Notes: generated from the letters alone by a model not told the origin. A stretch of DNA of 64,000 nucleotides from Alphaproteobacteria bacterium (GCA_016699735.1 CP065008.1:404032-468031); one strand, 5' to 3'; shown: positions 28,840-38,176, counted from the stretch's first letter. Program-made: numbers and translations.

Positions 28840-31800
28840 TCATCCCTCTGTCAGCAACTCCGATATTAGGAACGCAACTAACAACCTAATTAATAAGTCG
28901 GCCAGTCTTCGCCGCGCCATTGATGCATTGGAAAAGAAAGGGGTACAAATAGATATTAAAGTTACAGACAATCCCGATGCGGAAGGCGCAGAAATAACGG
29001 AAATAGGTAATGATGACAGTCATTTTGAAATCAAAATTCCTAAGCAAGTATTTGATGGAGAAAAATATACTGACCCTGATAATCAGCAACATGACACGAC
29101 ATTTGAAAGAAATTTAGCTCACGAACTTGTTCACGTTTACAAGGACGTTATGAATAAAACAGACTCTGAGCAGATTGCTGAGGACGGTGCCGATAAAATT
29201 ATGAAAGAGGCCTATCAGGAGAAGGAAAATCAATACGATAGTAATCCCCCAGACTCAACTTCAGGTACTCCTAAATTCCACGACACTTCTCCACCCGATC
29301 CAAATGATTACGAGTGGCCAGGTCAACCCATTTATACACCGCCAGCCGATCTTCAGCCGATAGGATTTGTGCCCACCCAGTCTGGAGGTTCCGGAGTCGG
29401 CATGGGAGGCGGACTTGATCCCTTAGTATTTGACTTAGATGGAAGCGGAACTATTGACCTAATATCTGTACAAAACTCTGGTATTCATTTCGATTTCTGG
29501 GGCGATGGCTTTGCTGAGGCTACTGGATGGGTTGCAGCCGCAGACGGAATGTTGGCGTGGGATATAGATGAGTCCGGACTTATTGATAGTGTAGCCGAGT
29601 TGTTTGGTTCTAATTTCCCAATCTCTTATGTCACAGAGGCTGATTGGGTTCAGTTCAGAGATTTTGAGAACGGATTCGCTCGTTTAGCAGCGCTAGACTC
29701 GAATCTTGATGGAGAAATTAGCTCCAGCGATGCGATCTGGACTGAATTACGCATTTGGCAAGATGTTAATCAAGACGGCGTATCGCAGAGCAGCGAATTA
29801 TTAACGCTGAGCCAATCTGGTATTTCAAGCATTGACATTACTAATTATGTCTTAGACTCGTTTCAGGGGCTTTCTAGCGGTGGTTTCACGAGAATCATTG
29901 AGGGGAATACAGTTACCCATTCAGGCAGTTTTGAATTGGTAGGTGGGGGAACAAGAGAGCTTGTAGATGTATGGTTTGATGCCAACATGGACAACACTGT
30001 GTATTCATCAGAGTACATATACGAAGGGGATGTTCTTTTTCTTCCGATGCTTCGCGGTTATGGACAAATTGCGGACCTTTATGTTTCTATGAGTATCGAT
30101 AATCAAGCAGGAGGATTATTTGATCTTATTCAAAATTTCTCTGTAGCAAGAACATTCTCGGATATTTTTGTCGATTTTAGTTCAGTCCGTGATGAGGTAG
30201 AGGAAATAATTCTTCGTTGGGGTAGCATCGACTCAATCTCTTTTGAAGAGCAGAAATACGGTGTGTTCGGCCTAATGCAAGAATTTCTTTTTCTAAAAAA
30301 ATTATCAGGCACTGATTCTGATTATCAAGGTGTTTGGTTTGATGGAACCCCCTACTTACCTCATACGGTAGATGGAATAGAAGCGATTCATGATACATGG
30401 TCTAGTCTGATTGACTCTTATACCGTAAGATTAGCCTTTCAAAGCGGAGCTGAAGCACTCTTTGAAAATGTAGTGGCTTATGACCCTGATCGCGATTTAT
30501 TCAATGGGGACTTAAGTCTTTCGCAGGCTGCAATAGCAGCACTCGAAACAGGGGCAACTGGCCATGCTGATATTCAGGGATTCTGGCATTTTGTGGCCAA
30601 TTTTATCAATGAAGTTAAAGGTATATCTCAGCTCACGACCAATGAAGTGACTTGGTTATCGGATGCTGTCGATGATAGCTCTTCAAGTGCTTTAAGCTGG
30701 AGCGGGATCGTAGCGACTTTAAGTGAGCAGACAATAACAGGAACCAGTGGCAGTGAAACCCTTAACGGCACGCGCTGGGATGATAATATTAATGCCTTGG
30801 CAGGCAACAATATTGTTAATGGCGGCGACGGCAACGACTCTCTTCAAAGCAGCACAGGCTCAGATATTTTAAACGGCGGTTCCGGGAACGATATTTTGCG
30901 AGGCGGTTCCGGGAACGATATCTATATATATGACTCAGGTCACGATGTAATCGCGGAAGATTTCAATAATTTTACGACCAGCACGGACACTATTCAATTT
31001 GGTGCGGGCATAGCTGTTGGCGACGTGACTCTTCACATTGCCCAGATGATCGCAAATGTGAGCACATGGCACATTTTTCTAGAGATTGCAGGACGCGGTA
31101 CATTAACGATTGATACTCCATCGGGAGGCAGCGGCCCCTTTACAAAAATTGTCGATACTCTCGTCTTTGCTGACAGCACGACATTCAATATAGCCACAAT
31201 GGACGTGACCTTTCATGGGCAAGTCGGGGATGATTATATCAACACCGCTAACTGGGCCACGACAGGCGATCAGTTTGTCTATGGCTATGGCGGAGATGAC
31301 CGGATTGACCTGATCGGAACGCAACCTATTCAAGTGGACGCAGGAGAGGGCAAGGACTTAATTTATGGCAGTGTTAATAACGACACGTTTGTTGTCAGTC
31401 CCGGAGGCGACCAGTTTGTTGGAGGCGGTGGAACCAATACGATCTTGCTGCCGTCGGGATATTCTGCTGGAGACGTTACTTATTACCGCTACGAAGATAT
31501 ATCGACTCCGTATAGCAGCCCCAAAACATGGGATGCGTTGATTACTGTCGCGGGGTTGGGTTCTATTACGGTTCTAAGACAGTTTGAAGGTGATACGGAC
31601 TCTATTATCCAAACGCTAAAATTTTCAGATGGCTCGACAGTCAATCTACTGACTCAGGAATATGTAACGTTTGGCACATCAGGCGATGACACTTATGACA
31701 ACGTTGGTTCCTTGTGGGCAAACAAGAATGATGTTTATCTTTTTGGACAAGGGGACGATATTGTTCAAGAGGATACCGGAACGGATACCATTCTTTTCGC

Positions 31801-34099
31801 AGCAGGGTTAAACCTGTCAAATATTACCGTTCAAAAGCGTGATACAGGCAGCCATTTCTCTACAACCAAATTCCTTGTAATCGAGGACGGTAATGGAAAT
31901 ACTCTTACGTTCAAAGGTCACTTTGACAATAATGCTTACAAGGCAGAGAACTTAAAGTTTAACGATGGCTCTATTATCAGCATCTCTAGCCTTGAAATCG
32001 ACTCTCATGGCTCAGGGGGCGATGACAGGCTTGATGGCATAGTGGCAGGTTCTGATCTCACTACTAACGATGTCATGTACGGTCATGGCGGCGCTGACCA
32101 GATTTACGCGGGCGCGGGCAACGATGTGTCCTATGGCGGCACGGGCAATGATTACATTTTCGATGATGCCGGGAACGACACCCTGTATGGTGAAGACGGG
32201 GATGACCAGCTCTATGGTTACTCCGGGAACGACACTCTTTACGGCGGCATAGGAACCGATATTTTGCGGGGCGATGACACGTTTGCCAGTTCTTCGATTA
32301 CTGGCAACGACTTCCTCTATGGTGGCGATGGCAACGACAATCTCTCCGGAGGTCGGGGCAATGACCTCCTCGACGGTGGCGCTGGTGATGATGTGCTGAG
32401 CGGGGATAATGACACCGATACAGTGGCCTACGCCTCTTCAACAGCAGGCGTGACCGTTTCGTTGGCTCTCACTTCAGCCCAGAACACAATCGGCGCCGGA
32501 ACCGATACCATCACCAATACCGAAAACCTCACCGGATCGGCTTTCAATGACGTTCTGACCGGCGATGCCAGCGCCAATACCCTGACAGGCAGTGACGGGA
32601 ACGATGTTCTGGAAGGTTTGGCCGGGAATGATACCCTCGATGGCGGGAATGGCAGTGATACGGCCAGCTACGCCAATGCGACCGCTGCTGTGACGGTCAA
32701 TCTGGCCACCACGACCGCCCAGAATACTGTGGGTGCAGGAACCGATACGCTCGTCAGTATCGAGAACGCAAAAGGCTCGGCCTTCAACGACACGCTGACC
32801 GGAAGCTCTGGCAGTAACGTCATTGAGGGCGGAGCGGGCAACGACACGCTCAATGGCGCGGCCGGTACGGATACGCTGAGCTATGTCTCGGTGGCTTCAG
32901 CGGTGACGGTCAATCTGGCCACGACTACGGTGCAGGCCACGGGCGGGGCCGGATCGGACACGGTCTCCAATTTCGAGAACCTGACAGGCTCGGCCTTTAA
33001 CGACACGTTGACGGGCAATACCGGAAACAACGTCATCGAAGGTGGCGCGGGCAATGATGCCATTAACGGCAGCACGGGAACGGATACGGCTTCATACGAA
33101 AATGCAACTGCCGCCGTCACGGTGAGCCTTGCCCTCACCACAGCTCAGAATACGCTCGGCGCAGGCACAGATACGCTCACAGCCATGGAGCATCTGCGCG
33201 GCTCGGCGTTCAACGATACCCTGACCGGAAGCTCGACGGACAACACCATAGAAGGCGGCGCCGGGGATGACACGATGAATGCGGGGTCCGGCTCCGACAC
33301 ACTCCTGTATGCAAGCGCGACCTCCGGCATTACTGTCAGTCTTGCTCTCACCACCGCGCAGAACACGGGCGGCGCGGGGACGGACACGATCTCGAACTTC
33401 GAGAAAATCACCGGATCGGCTTTCGCGGATGTTCTTACAGGAAATTCTGCGGCGAATACGTTGGATGGCGGATTGGGCGATGACATTCTGGACGGTGGCG
33501 CAGGCAACGACACGCTGAACGGCAACACCGGAACGGATACGGCCAGCTATGCTTCGGCAACAGCGGCCGTTACGGTCAGTCTGGCCCTCACCACGGCGCA
33601 GAATACGGTCGCCGCTGGATCGGACACCATCACAAACACCGAAAATCTGACGGGCTCGGGCTTCAACGACACGCTGACGGGCAATACAGGGATCAATATC
33701 CTGACCGGAGGGGCTGGGAACGATACTCTGCGAGGCGGCGCAGGCAATGACGCGCTCAAAGGCGGTCTGGGCACGGATACCCTCTACGGCGAGGCGGATG
33801 CCGATTTGTTTGTCTTTGAAGCGGCCTCAGCGTTCACAGCGCAGGATACAGTGGCGGATTTCTCGATCGCGCAGGGGGACAAGCTCAACATTGCCGACCT
33901 TCTGATCGGCTATACGGCTGGACAGAGCGCGATTGATGATTTTGTAACCTTCACCACCGCCGGAGCCAATACCAACTTCGCTGTAGACCGCGACGGAACC
34001 GGAACGACATACAGCGCCATTACGATTGCCAGCATCACAGGTGTTACTGGCCTTGATGCCGATACGCTTCTCAATAACGGAAACCTGATTGCGGTTTAA
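28817..34099 (+). CDS. RTX calcium-binding repeat protein with N-terminal HExxH zincin-like region and type I secretion C-terminal target domain
   Basis: LAHELVHVY. Many GGxGxD nonapeptides (GGSGNDILRGGSGNDIYIY, GGDGNDNLSGGRGNDLLDGGAGDD). C-terminus DADLFVF...GDKLNIADLL...NGNLIAV resembles a T1SS target domain. Confidence 0.85.
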   Translation: MPVSFSSDHPSVSNSDIRNATNNLINKSASLRRAIDALEKKGVQIDIKVTDNPDAEGAEITEIGNDDSHFEIKIPKQVFDGEKYTDPDNQQHDTTFERNLAHELVHVYKDVMNKTDSEQIAEDGADKIMKEAYQEKENQYDSNPPDSTSGTPKFHDTSPPDPNDYEWPGQPIYTPPADLQPIGFVPTQSGGSGVGMGGGLDPLVFDLDGSGTIDLISVQNSGIHFDFWGDGFAEATGWVAAADGMLAWDIDESGLIDSVAELFGSNFPISYVTEADWVQFRDFENGFARLAALDSNLDGEISSSDAIWTELRIWQDVNQDGVSQSSELLTLSQSGISSIDITNYVLDSFQGLSSGGFTRIIEGNTVTHSGSFELVGGGTRELVDVWFDANMDNTVYSSEYIYEGDVLFLPMLRGYGQIADLYVSMSIDNQAGGLFDLIQNFSVARTFSDIFVDFSSVRDEVEEIILRWGSIDSISFEEQKYGVFGLMQEFLFLKKLSGTDSDYQGVWFDGTPYLPHTVDGIEAIHDTWSSLIDSYTVRLAFQSGAEALFENVVAYDPDRDLFNGDLSLSQAAIAALETGATGHADIQGFWHFVANFINEVKGISQLTTNEVTWLSDAVDDSSSSALSWSGIVATLSEQTITGTSGSETLNGTRWDDNINALAGNNIVNGGDGNDSLQSSTGSDILNGGSGNDILRGGSGNDIYIYDSGHDVIAEDFNNFTTSTDTIQFGAGIAVGDVTLHIAQMIANVSTWHIFLEIAGRGTLTIDTPSGGSGPFTKIVDTLVFADSTTFNIATMDVTFHGQVGDDYINTANWATTGDQFVYGYGGDDRIDLIGTQPIQVDAGEGKDLIYGSVNNDTFVVSPGGDQFVGGGGTNTILLPSGYSAGDVTYYRYEDISTPYSSPKTWDALITVAGLGSITVLRQFEGDTDSIIQTLKFSDGSTVNLLTQEYVTFGTSGDDTYDNVGSLWANKNDVYLFGQGDDIVQEDTGTDTILFAAGLNLSNITVQKRDTGSHFSTTKFLVIEDGNGNTLTFKGHFDNNAYKAENLKFNDGSIISISSLEIDSHGSGGDDRLDGIVAGSDLTTNDVMYGHGGADQIYAGAGNDVSYGGTGNDYIFDDAGNDTLYGEDGDDQLYGYSGNDTLYGGIGTDILRGDDTFASSSITGNDFLYGGDGNDNLSGGRGNDLLDGGAGDDVLSGDNDTDTVAYASSTAGVTVSLALTSAQNTIGAGTDTITNTENLTGSAFNDVLTGDASANTLTGSDGNDVLEGLAGNDTLDGGNGSDTASYANATAAVTVNLATTTAQNTVGAGTDTLVSIENAKGSAFNDTLTGSSGSNVIEGGAGNDTLNGAAGTDTLSYVSVASAVTVNLATTTVQATGGAGSDTVSNFENLTGSAFNDTLTGNTGNNVIEGGAGNDAINGSTGTDTASYENATAAVTVSLALTTAQNTLGAGTDTLTAMEHLRGSAFNDTLTGSSTDNTIEGGAGDDTMNAGSGSDTLLYASATSGITVSLALTTAQNTGGAGTDTISNFEKITGSAFADVLTGNSAANTLDGGLGDDILDGGAGNDTLNGNTGTDTASYASATAAVTVSLALTTAQNTVAAGSDTITNTENLTGSGFNDTLTGNTGINILTGGAGNDTLRGGAGNDALKGGLGTDTLYGEADADLFVFEAASAFTAQDTVADFSIAQGDKLNIADLLIGYTAGQSAIDDFVTFTTAGANTNFAVDRDGTGTTYSAITIASITGVTGLDADTLLNNGNLIAV
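32411..33790 (+). repeat. about six tandem coding repeats of 70-80 aa (210-240 bp) within the RTX gene
   Basis: Reiterated unit DTxSYAxATAAVTVxLAxTTAQNTxGAGTDTxxxxENLxGSAFNDTLTGxxxxNxxxGGAGNDTLxG. Confidence 0.8.
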
Positions 34100-34163
34100 A
34101 AGGCCTTTGCGGATTGAACTTAAGCCTTGCCGAGTTTACTCGTCAAAGCTTCCATTGAGACGG

Positions 34164-35828
34164 TTATGCGGTAATGCCTTTCACTGAGCTATTGAGCGTG
34201 AAAAACCTGTGGTAAAAACTTTGATTGGGGGCAGGATAGGGGGCAAGACAATAAATATGAATTAATAATATGTTTAACAACAAATACTTAATAATATGGT
34301 TCGATCCCGATAGGGCCACCATTTCTGTCCTCCCCAGTGACAACTCCTGTAAAAGCCTGACTGGCAGCGAGGTTTCAGCGGTTCGAAAACCCGTTTTCTT
34401 GTCATAGGCCAGTTTGCTGGTAAAGGTGAGTTTTATCACGGCGCGTTTGTGTTCGAGGTTGCCTTTAGCCCATATTTTCTGCGGGTTTGAGAGGAAAGAG
34501 AACGCGGTTCGAAAGGTTTCATCGAACGGAGCCAAAGGGCGACCGCATTGCGCGATTTTCTCATCCAACCTGATCTTCTCCTCTTCCAGAATTCTTATCT
34601 GGTTCTCGTAGGCGGCGATCAGTGTAGGGTTTTCATTCTGTGCAATCCTCTGAAAAAAATGAGTGGATTTGCGATCAAGCTGGAGTGCTTGCTGGCGCAA
34701 TGTTTCCGTGTCCGTTTTGACGGCCTCGCGTTTGGCATTCCAGAGGTCCGTAAACATGGCGGCAGCCATAAAGAACACATGCTCCGAAGGCTTCAGATCG
34801 GCCAGGAGGCTCTCAAAATCGCCTTCGAGCTGTTCACGGCGGATAGATTTCCCATCGCGCTCACACCCATTTGTGCGGCACAGGTAATAGGGATACTTGC
34901 CATTACGTCCCGTGGACCAGCAAGCGGCCATCGGCCTTTCGCAGCAGGCGCATATGACAAATCCTCTTAGCGGGAAGTCCGCATTGATATTCAGCTTAGC
35001 AGGGGCTTTGGCTTGCCCGTGGAGGCGGTCTTGTATCTTGCGGTAGGTCTCGTAGCTGATAAGGGGTTCGTGCCTGCCCTTAACCATCGACAGTCCCCAT
35101 TCGGGTTTGTCGATGTAGCCTGCATAAAAAACGCGATCCAGCATATCCCTGACCTGCGAGAAATAGATTTTACCTTTGCGGTCGCGCTGAAAATGCGGCG
35201 TACCCATAAAGAAATGCCGGAGTTCGGAAATCGTTTCAAACCGCCCGCAGGCATACCCTTCCAGCCCCTCGGCAATGATGGAGGCCAGAGGCTCATCCCG
35301 CACTAGAATTTTCCCGCCGGAGCCTTTTTCCTTAGCGTAGATATATCCGGGGACCGGATAAAAGGTCCAATACCCGTTTTGCATTCTGGACATCATCCGG
35401 TTTTTGACCTGTTCAGCATTTTTCTCGCGCTGGTGCGCGGCCACAGACGCCAGCAGATGCTCGACCAAGCGGCTGTCAGAATCCTCGCCAAACTCAATCG
35501 AAGGTGATTCCAGCTTGCCGCCTGCATCGGTAATCGAAGTCCTTAAACGAATATGGGTTTCAATATCTCTGGCCAGTCTGGAGATGTCGTCTATAATAAC
35601 GACAAGATGATCGTTTTTATGTTTCTTGAGATAACCCAGCATCGCTTTCATATTCGGACGATCCAAGAGCTTGCCTGACAACCCTTCATCCCGAAACACG
35701 TCAATAACCTCATAGTTCTTGTGCTTGGCATAATCACGGCATCGTGTTTCTTGCGAGGCAAGGCCGTTTCCTTCGGTCACCTGCTTCACCGAAGAAACCC
35801 GCGCATAGATGACAGCTTTTTGAATCAT
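34164..35828 (-). CDS. large serine recombinase; annotated 3' end runs through the att repeat into island 1
   Basis: Resolvase N-terminus KAVIYARVSSVKQ...DDISRLARD. Recombinase domain. Zn-ribbon CACCERPMAAC...YYLCRTNGC. Coiled-coil. Confidence 0.85.
   Translation of the reverse strand: MIQKAVIYARVSSVKQVTEGNGLASQETRCRDYAKHKNYEVIDVFRDEGLSGKLLDRPNMKAMLGYLKKHKNDHLVVIIDDISRLARDIETHIRLRTSITDAGGKLESPSIEFGEDSDSRLVEHLLASVAAHQREKNAEQVKNRMMSRMQNGYWTFYPVPGYIYAKEKGSGGKILVRDEPLASIIAEGLEGYACGRFETISELRHFFMGTPHFQRDRKGKIYFSQVRDMLDRVFYAGYIDKPEWGLSMVKGRHEPLISYETYRKIQDRLHGQAKAPAKLNINADFPLRGFVICACCERPMAACWSTGRNGKYPYYLCRTNGCERDGKSIRREQLEGDFESLLADLKPSEHVFFMAAAMFTDLWNAKREAVKTDTETLRQQALQLDRKSTHFFQRIAQNENPTLIAAYENQIRILEEEKIRLDEKIAQCGRPLAPFDETFRTAFSFLSNPQKIWAKGNLEHKRAVIKLTFTSKLAYDKKTGFRTAETSLPVRLLQELSLGRTEMVALSGSNHIIKYLLLNILLIHIYCLAPYPAPNQSFYHRFFTLNSSVKGITA
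34227..34247 (+). promoter_or_regulatory. two copies of GGGGGCA(G/A)G near the island-1 right end
   Basis: GGGGGCAGG at 34227-34235 and GGGGGCAAG at 34239-34247. Same orientation as the three copies at 16426-16467. Confidence 0.45.
34298..34321 (+). repeat. attR-like copy of the tRNA-Ala 3' end (junction between island 1 and island 2)
   Basis: 24 nt identical to 16278-16302 apart from one deleted T. Confidence 0.8.
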
Positions 35829-36118
35829 GGGTTATTCTCCTGTGTTTCCACGCCTGCGGCGGCGCAGAACGTCTCTTTCATTTGGGGATGATTAACGTCT
35901 ACCACATCGCTTAGAATTTGCCGAGGTATATTGATCGTTCTGGGCCATGTGTTGATGATTTTTTGTGTCCGTGCCACTTGCACAGGGTGCTGATTAAAAG
36001 CCGAGGCCACGCATTCGCGCATAATGCCCCATGCGAAGGCGATGATTTCATCTTCATGGTCTTTGGCAAGGCCAAGGGGACGCAGGAACGCTCTGTATTT
36101 TTCCGTGTCTGGTTGCAT
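35825..36118 (-). CDS. small protein (97 aa) translationally coupled to the serine recombinase
   Basis: ATG at 36118 is preceded by an AGGAGAG RBS. Its stop overlaps the recombinase ATG (ATGA). The longer ORF start at 36316 is rejected. Confidence 0.5.
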   Translation of the reverse strand: MQPDTEKYRAFLRPLGLAKDHEDEIIAFAWGIMRECVASAFNQHPVQVARTQKIINTWPRTINIPRQILSDVVDVNHPQMKETFCAAAGVETQENNP

Positions 36119-36425
36119 GAGTCTCTCCTGTGCAGGCAAAGTCTTTTGCCCGCATAGTGTTGTGTTTCCGATATGTCTGAAGTGTACCAACGCTAAAAGC
36201 CGCCCTTGGGCGGCTTTGCGGTTAATTCTCCGATGATGGAATTGTGGCGTGTATGCAAATACATATATCAAAATCCGATCAAAAACGCCAGAAAAAAGGT
36301 CGGCTGACAGAGTCACATCTGCGCCGACCTTGCATAGTTCAGCGCTGCAAAACTTCGTAAAAATCTAAGCCCTCGTAAGACGTTCAGGGACTATGCCTGC
36401 CTTTTCGTGTTTGACGATGGAGGCT

Positions 36426-36510
36426 GGGCGAAGGCGGCGCAAAAGCAATAGCGCGGCCCGCTCCAAAATTCCGTGTTGGCTATTGCTTTTGCGCCTGATG
36501 CCCTTCGCCC
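36426..36510. repeat. large interrupted inverted repeat (9 + 17 bp arms)
   Basis: Perfect 17-bp arms GGCGCAAAAGCAATAGC (36436-36452) and GCTATTGCTTTTGCGCC (36479-36495). Outer 9-bp arms GGGCGAAGG (36426-36434) and CCTTCGCCC (36502-36510). Confidence 0.8.
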
Positions 36511-36548
36511 GTGTGGCTCTCCATCAACACAAAAAGGAGGCACACGCC

Positions 36549-37037
36549 ATGAATACGATCCGATATTTTCACGACCTGCATACGGTGGGGGAGATCAAAA
36601 CCCGATACCGCGACCTTGCCAAAGCTCACCATCCCGACCTTGGCGGCGATGAAAACACGATGAAAGAGATCAACGCCCAGTATCAGGCGGCTCTGAAATC
36701 CTGCCACGGTCAGCGCACCGAAGAGCGCGAATATACCTACAAGGCCGACATTGAACAGGAACTCATGGACAAGCTGCTAGAGCTTCTCAAGCTCCGCAAT
36801 CTCGACATTGCCCTGATCGGATACTGGATTTGGGTCTCCGGCGATACCAAGCGCAACAAGGACGCCCTGAAATCCGCAGGGCTGCAGTGGAACCCGCAGC
36901 GCCGATGCTGGTACTACAAGCCCAAAGACTGGCGGCGCAGTTTCAAGAGCAACGGCAGCTTCCAAGATCTTGCCCAGAAATACGGCTATCGCGGCTATCA
37001 GACCGCCGACACCGAAAAAGTCCCCGCCGCCACATAA
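36549..37037 (+). CDS. J-domain (DnaJ-like) protein typical of mobile elements
   Basis: IKTRYRDLAKAHHPDLGGD carries the HPD motif. ATG at 36549 is preceded by AGGAGG. C-terminus IGYWIWVSGDTKRNKDALKSAGLQWNPQRRCWYYKP. Confidence 0.8.
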   Translation: MNTIRYFHDLHTVGEIKTRYRDLAKAHHPDLGGDENTMKEINAQYQAALKSCHGQRTEEREYTYKADIEQELMDKLLELLKLRNLDIALIGYWIWVSGDTKRNKDALKSAGLQWNPQRRCWYYKPKDWRRSFKSNGSFQDLAQKYGYRGYQTADTEKVPAAT

Positions 37038-37056
37038 GGCAAAGTCTTCTCTCGAC

Positions 37057-37093
37057 AGGCGGTTTCGGGGCAACCTGAAACCGCCTTTTTCTT
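37057..37093 (+). terminator. rho-independent terminator
   Basis: 10-bp stem AGGCGGTTTC/GAAACCGCCT, 10-nt loop, TTTTT. Confidence 0.75.
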
Positions 37094-37591
37094 ATCCAGC
37101 CACCAAAAGACAAAAGCGGTTCGAAGACTCCGCCAAAGCAGGGGTTCGCCGCCTCAAAAACCACCTCCCCACGATCCGCAAGCTGTGTGGTGTATTACAC
37201 CACGCTTGGCAAGGGGAAGGGTAAACCTCCCCCGTTGCATCCCCCTCCCGTGGCGCTCCCGTTCATCATTCTTGCGCCATGCACCGTCTGGCCGTTGCAT
37301 CACCAATCAAGGGAACCTTCAAGCTCCCCCGATACCCCCATGATGATCTCATCAAGACCAAAGAGCCTTCGTGCCCCTTGGAACCCAGACCAACCGTCCG
37401 CCGATTGGATACGCGCCAAAGGGCATTTCATAGCCCCTGTGGAACCCTCGACCTTTTGTTCCAGCAACTGCTTCTGGCAAAGGCTTAACCTTATGCAATC
37501 CCTTCATAATCATAAAATAGCATGAATCATTAATGAAAAATCATGCAGTCTAGCTAATCTTCCTGTAGAGTGGAAGTATGGAGAAAATGCC

Positions 37592-38176
37592 ATGAGTGCG
37601 CTTGAGCAAGTTAAACATCATCTTCGGGAGGGCGAAGTTTATCGCCGCGCTGACCTTGAACAATGGTCAAATGCCGTTGATCGTCACCTGCACCAGTTAC
37701 AAGAAGAAGGGGTGCTGGTGAAGCTCTCTGGCGGCATGTATTATCGCCCGAAGATGACCGCGTTTGGCGCAACCCCTGCCGATGATGAAACGCTGGTTGA
37801 GGCGTTTCTCAAGGATCATCGTTTCCTGCTGACCTCCCCAAATCTTTATAACGCTTTGGGGCTTGGCATGACGCAGCTTTATAATGAAACGGTAGTTTAT
37901 AATCACAAGCGGCATGGCCAGTTTAAACTAGGCGGCAGGACATTCCGCTTTGCGATGAAACCGCATTTTCCGTCCAAACCAACCCCTGAATTCTTGCTGG
38001 TGGATGTTGTAAATAACCTTGGCCAGCTTGCCGAAGACAGGGAGCAGGTATTGAAGCAGGTTCAAAAAAAGGCGCTTTCTATGGAGAGGATCATCCTTGC
38101 CAAGGCCGTGCGCGACTATGGCGGCGCACGGGCGAAGAAAGTATTTGCCAAACTTCTTTCCACAGATACGATGTAA
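37592..38176 (+). CDS. AbiEi-antitoxin-like / DUF6088-like winged-helix protein
   Basis: EVYRRADLEQWSNAVDRHLHQLQEEGVLVKLSGGMYYRPK fits the AbiEi_4-type pattern (G-l-x-rl-x-rG-x-Y). No AbiEii nucleotidyltransferase partner is present. Confidence 0.5.
   Translation: MSALEQVKHHLREGEVYRRADLEQWSNAVDRHLHQLQEEGVLVKLSGGMYYRPKMTAFGATPADDETLVEAFLKDHRFLLTSPNLYNALGLGMTQLYNETVVYNHKRHGQFKLGGRTFRFAMKPHFPSKPTPEFLLVDVVNNLGQLAEDREQVLKQVQKKALSMERIILAKAVRDYGGARAKKVFAKLLSTDTM

Noticed and set aside
32411-33790. Regularly spaced repeats that could superficially suggest a CRISPR-like array
   Set aside because: The repeat period is 210-240 bp, the repeats are imperfect and in-frame, and they encode RTX-type protein repeats. 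There is no short repeat/spacer structure. No CRISPR array was seen anywhere in the window.
34298-34321. Possible tRNA pseudogene
   Set aside because: Only the 3' 24 nt of tRNA-Ala is present, with no D or anticodon arm upstream. It is better explained as an att direct repeat.
36393-36548. Upstream extension of the J-domain ORF (start at 36393)
   Set aside because: The extension translates the large inverted repeat and lacks an RBS. The ATG at 36549 has AGGAGG upstream and begins the conserved J-domain.
37187-37525. 112-aa Pro-rich ORF and overlapping 69-84-aa ORFs in the 37.1-37.6 kb gap
   Set aside because: They are low-complexity with no RBS or motif. The region is treated as non-coding pending homology evidence.
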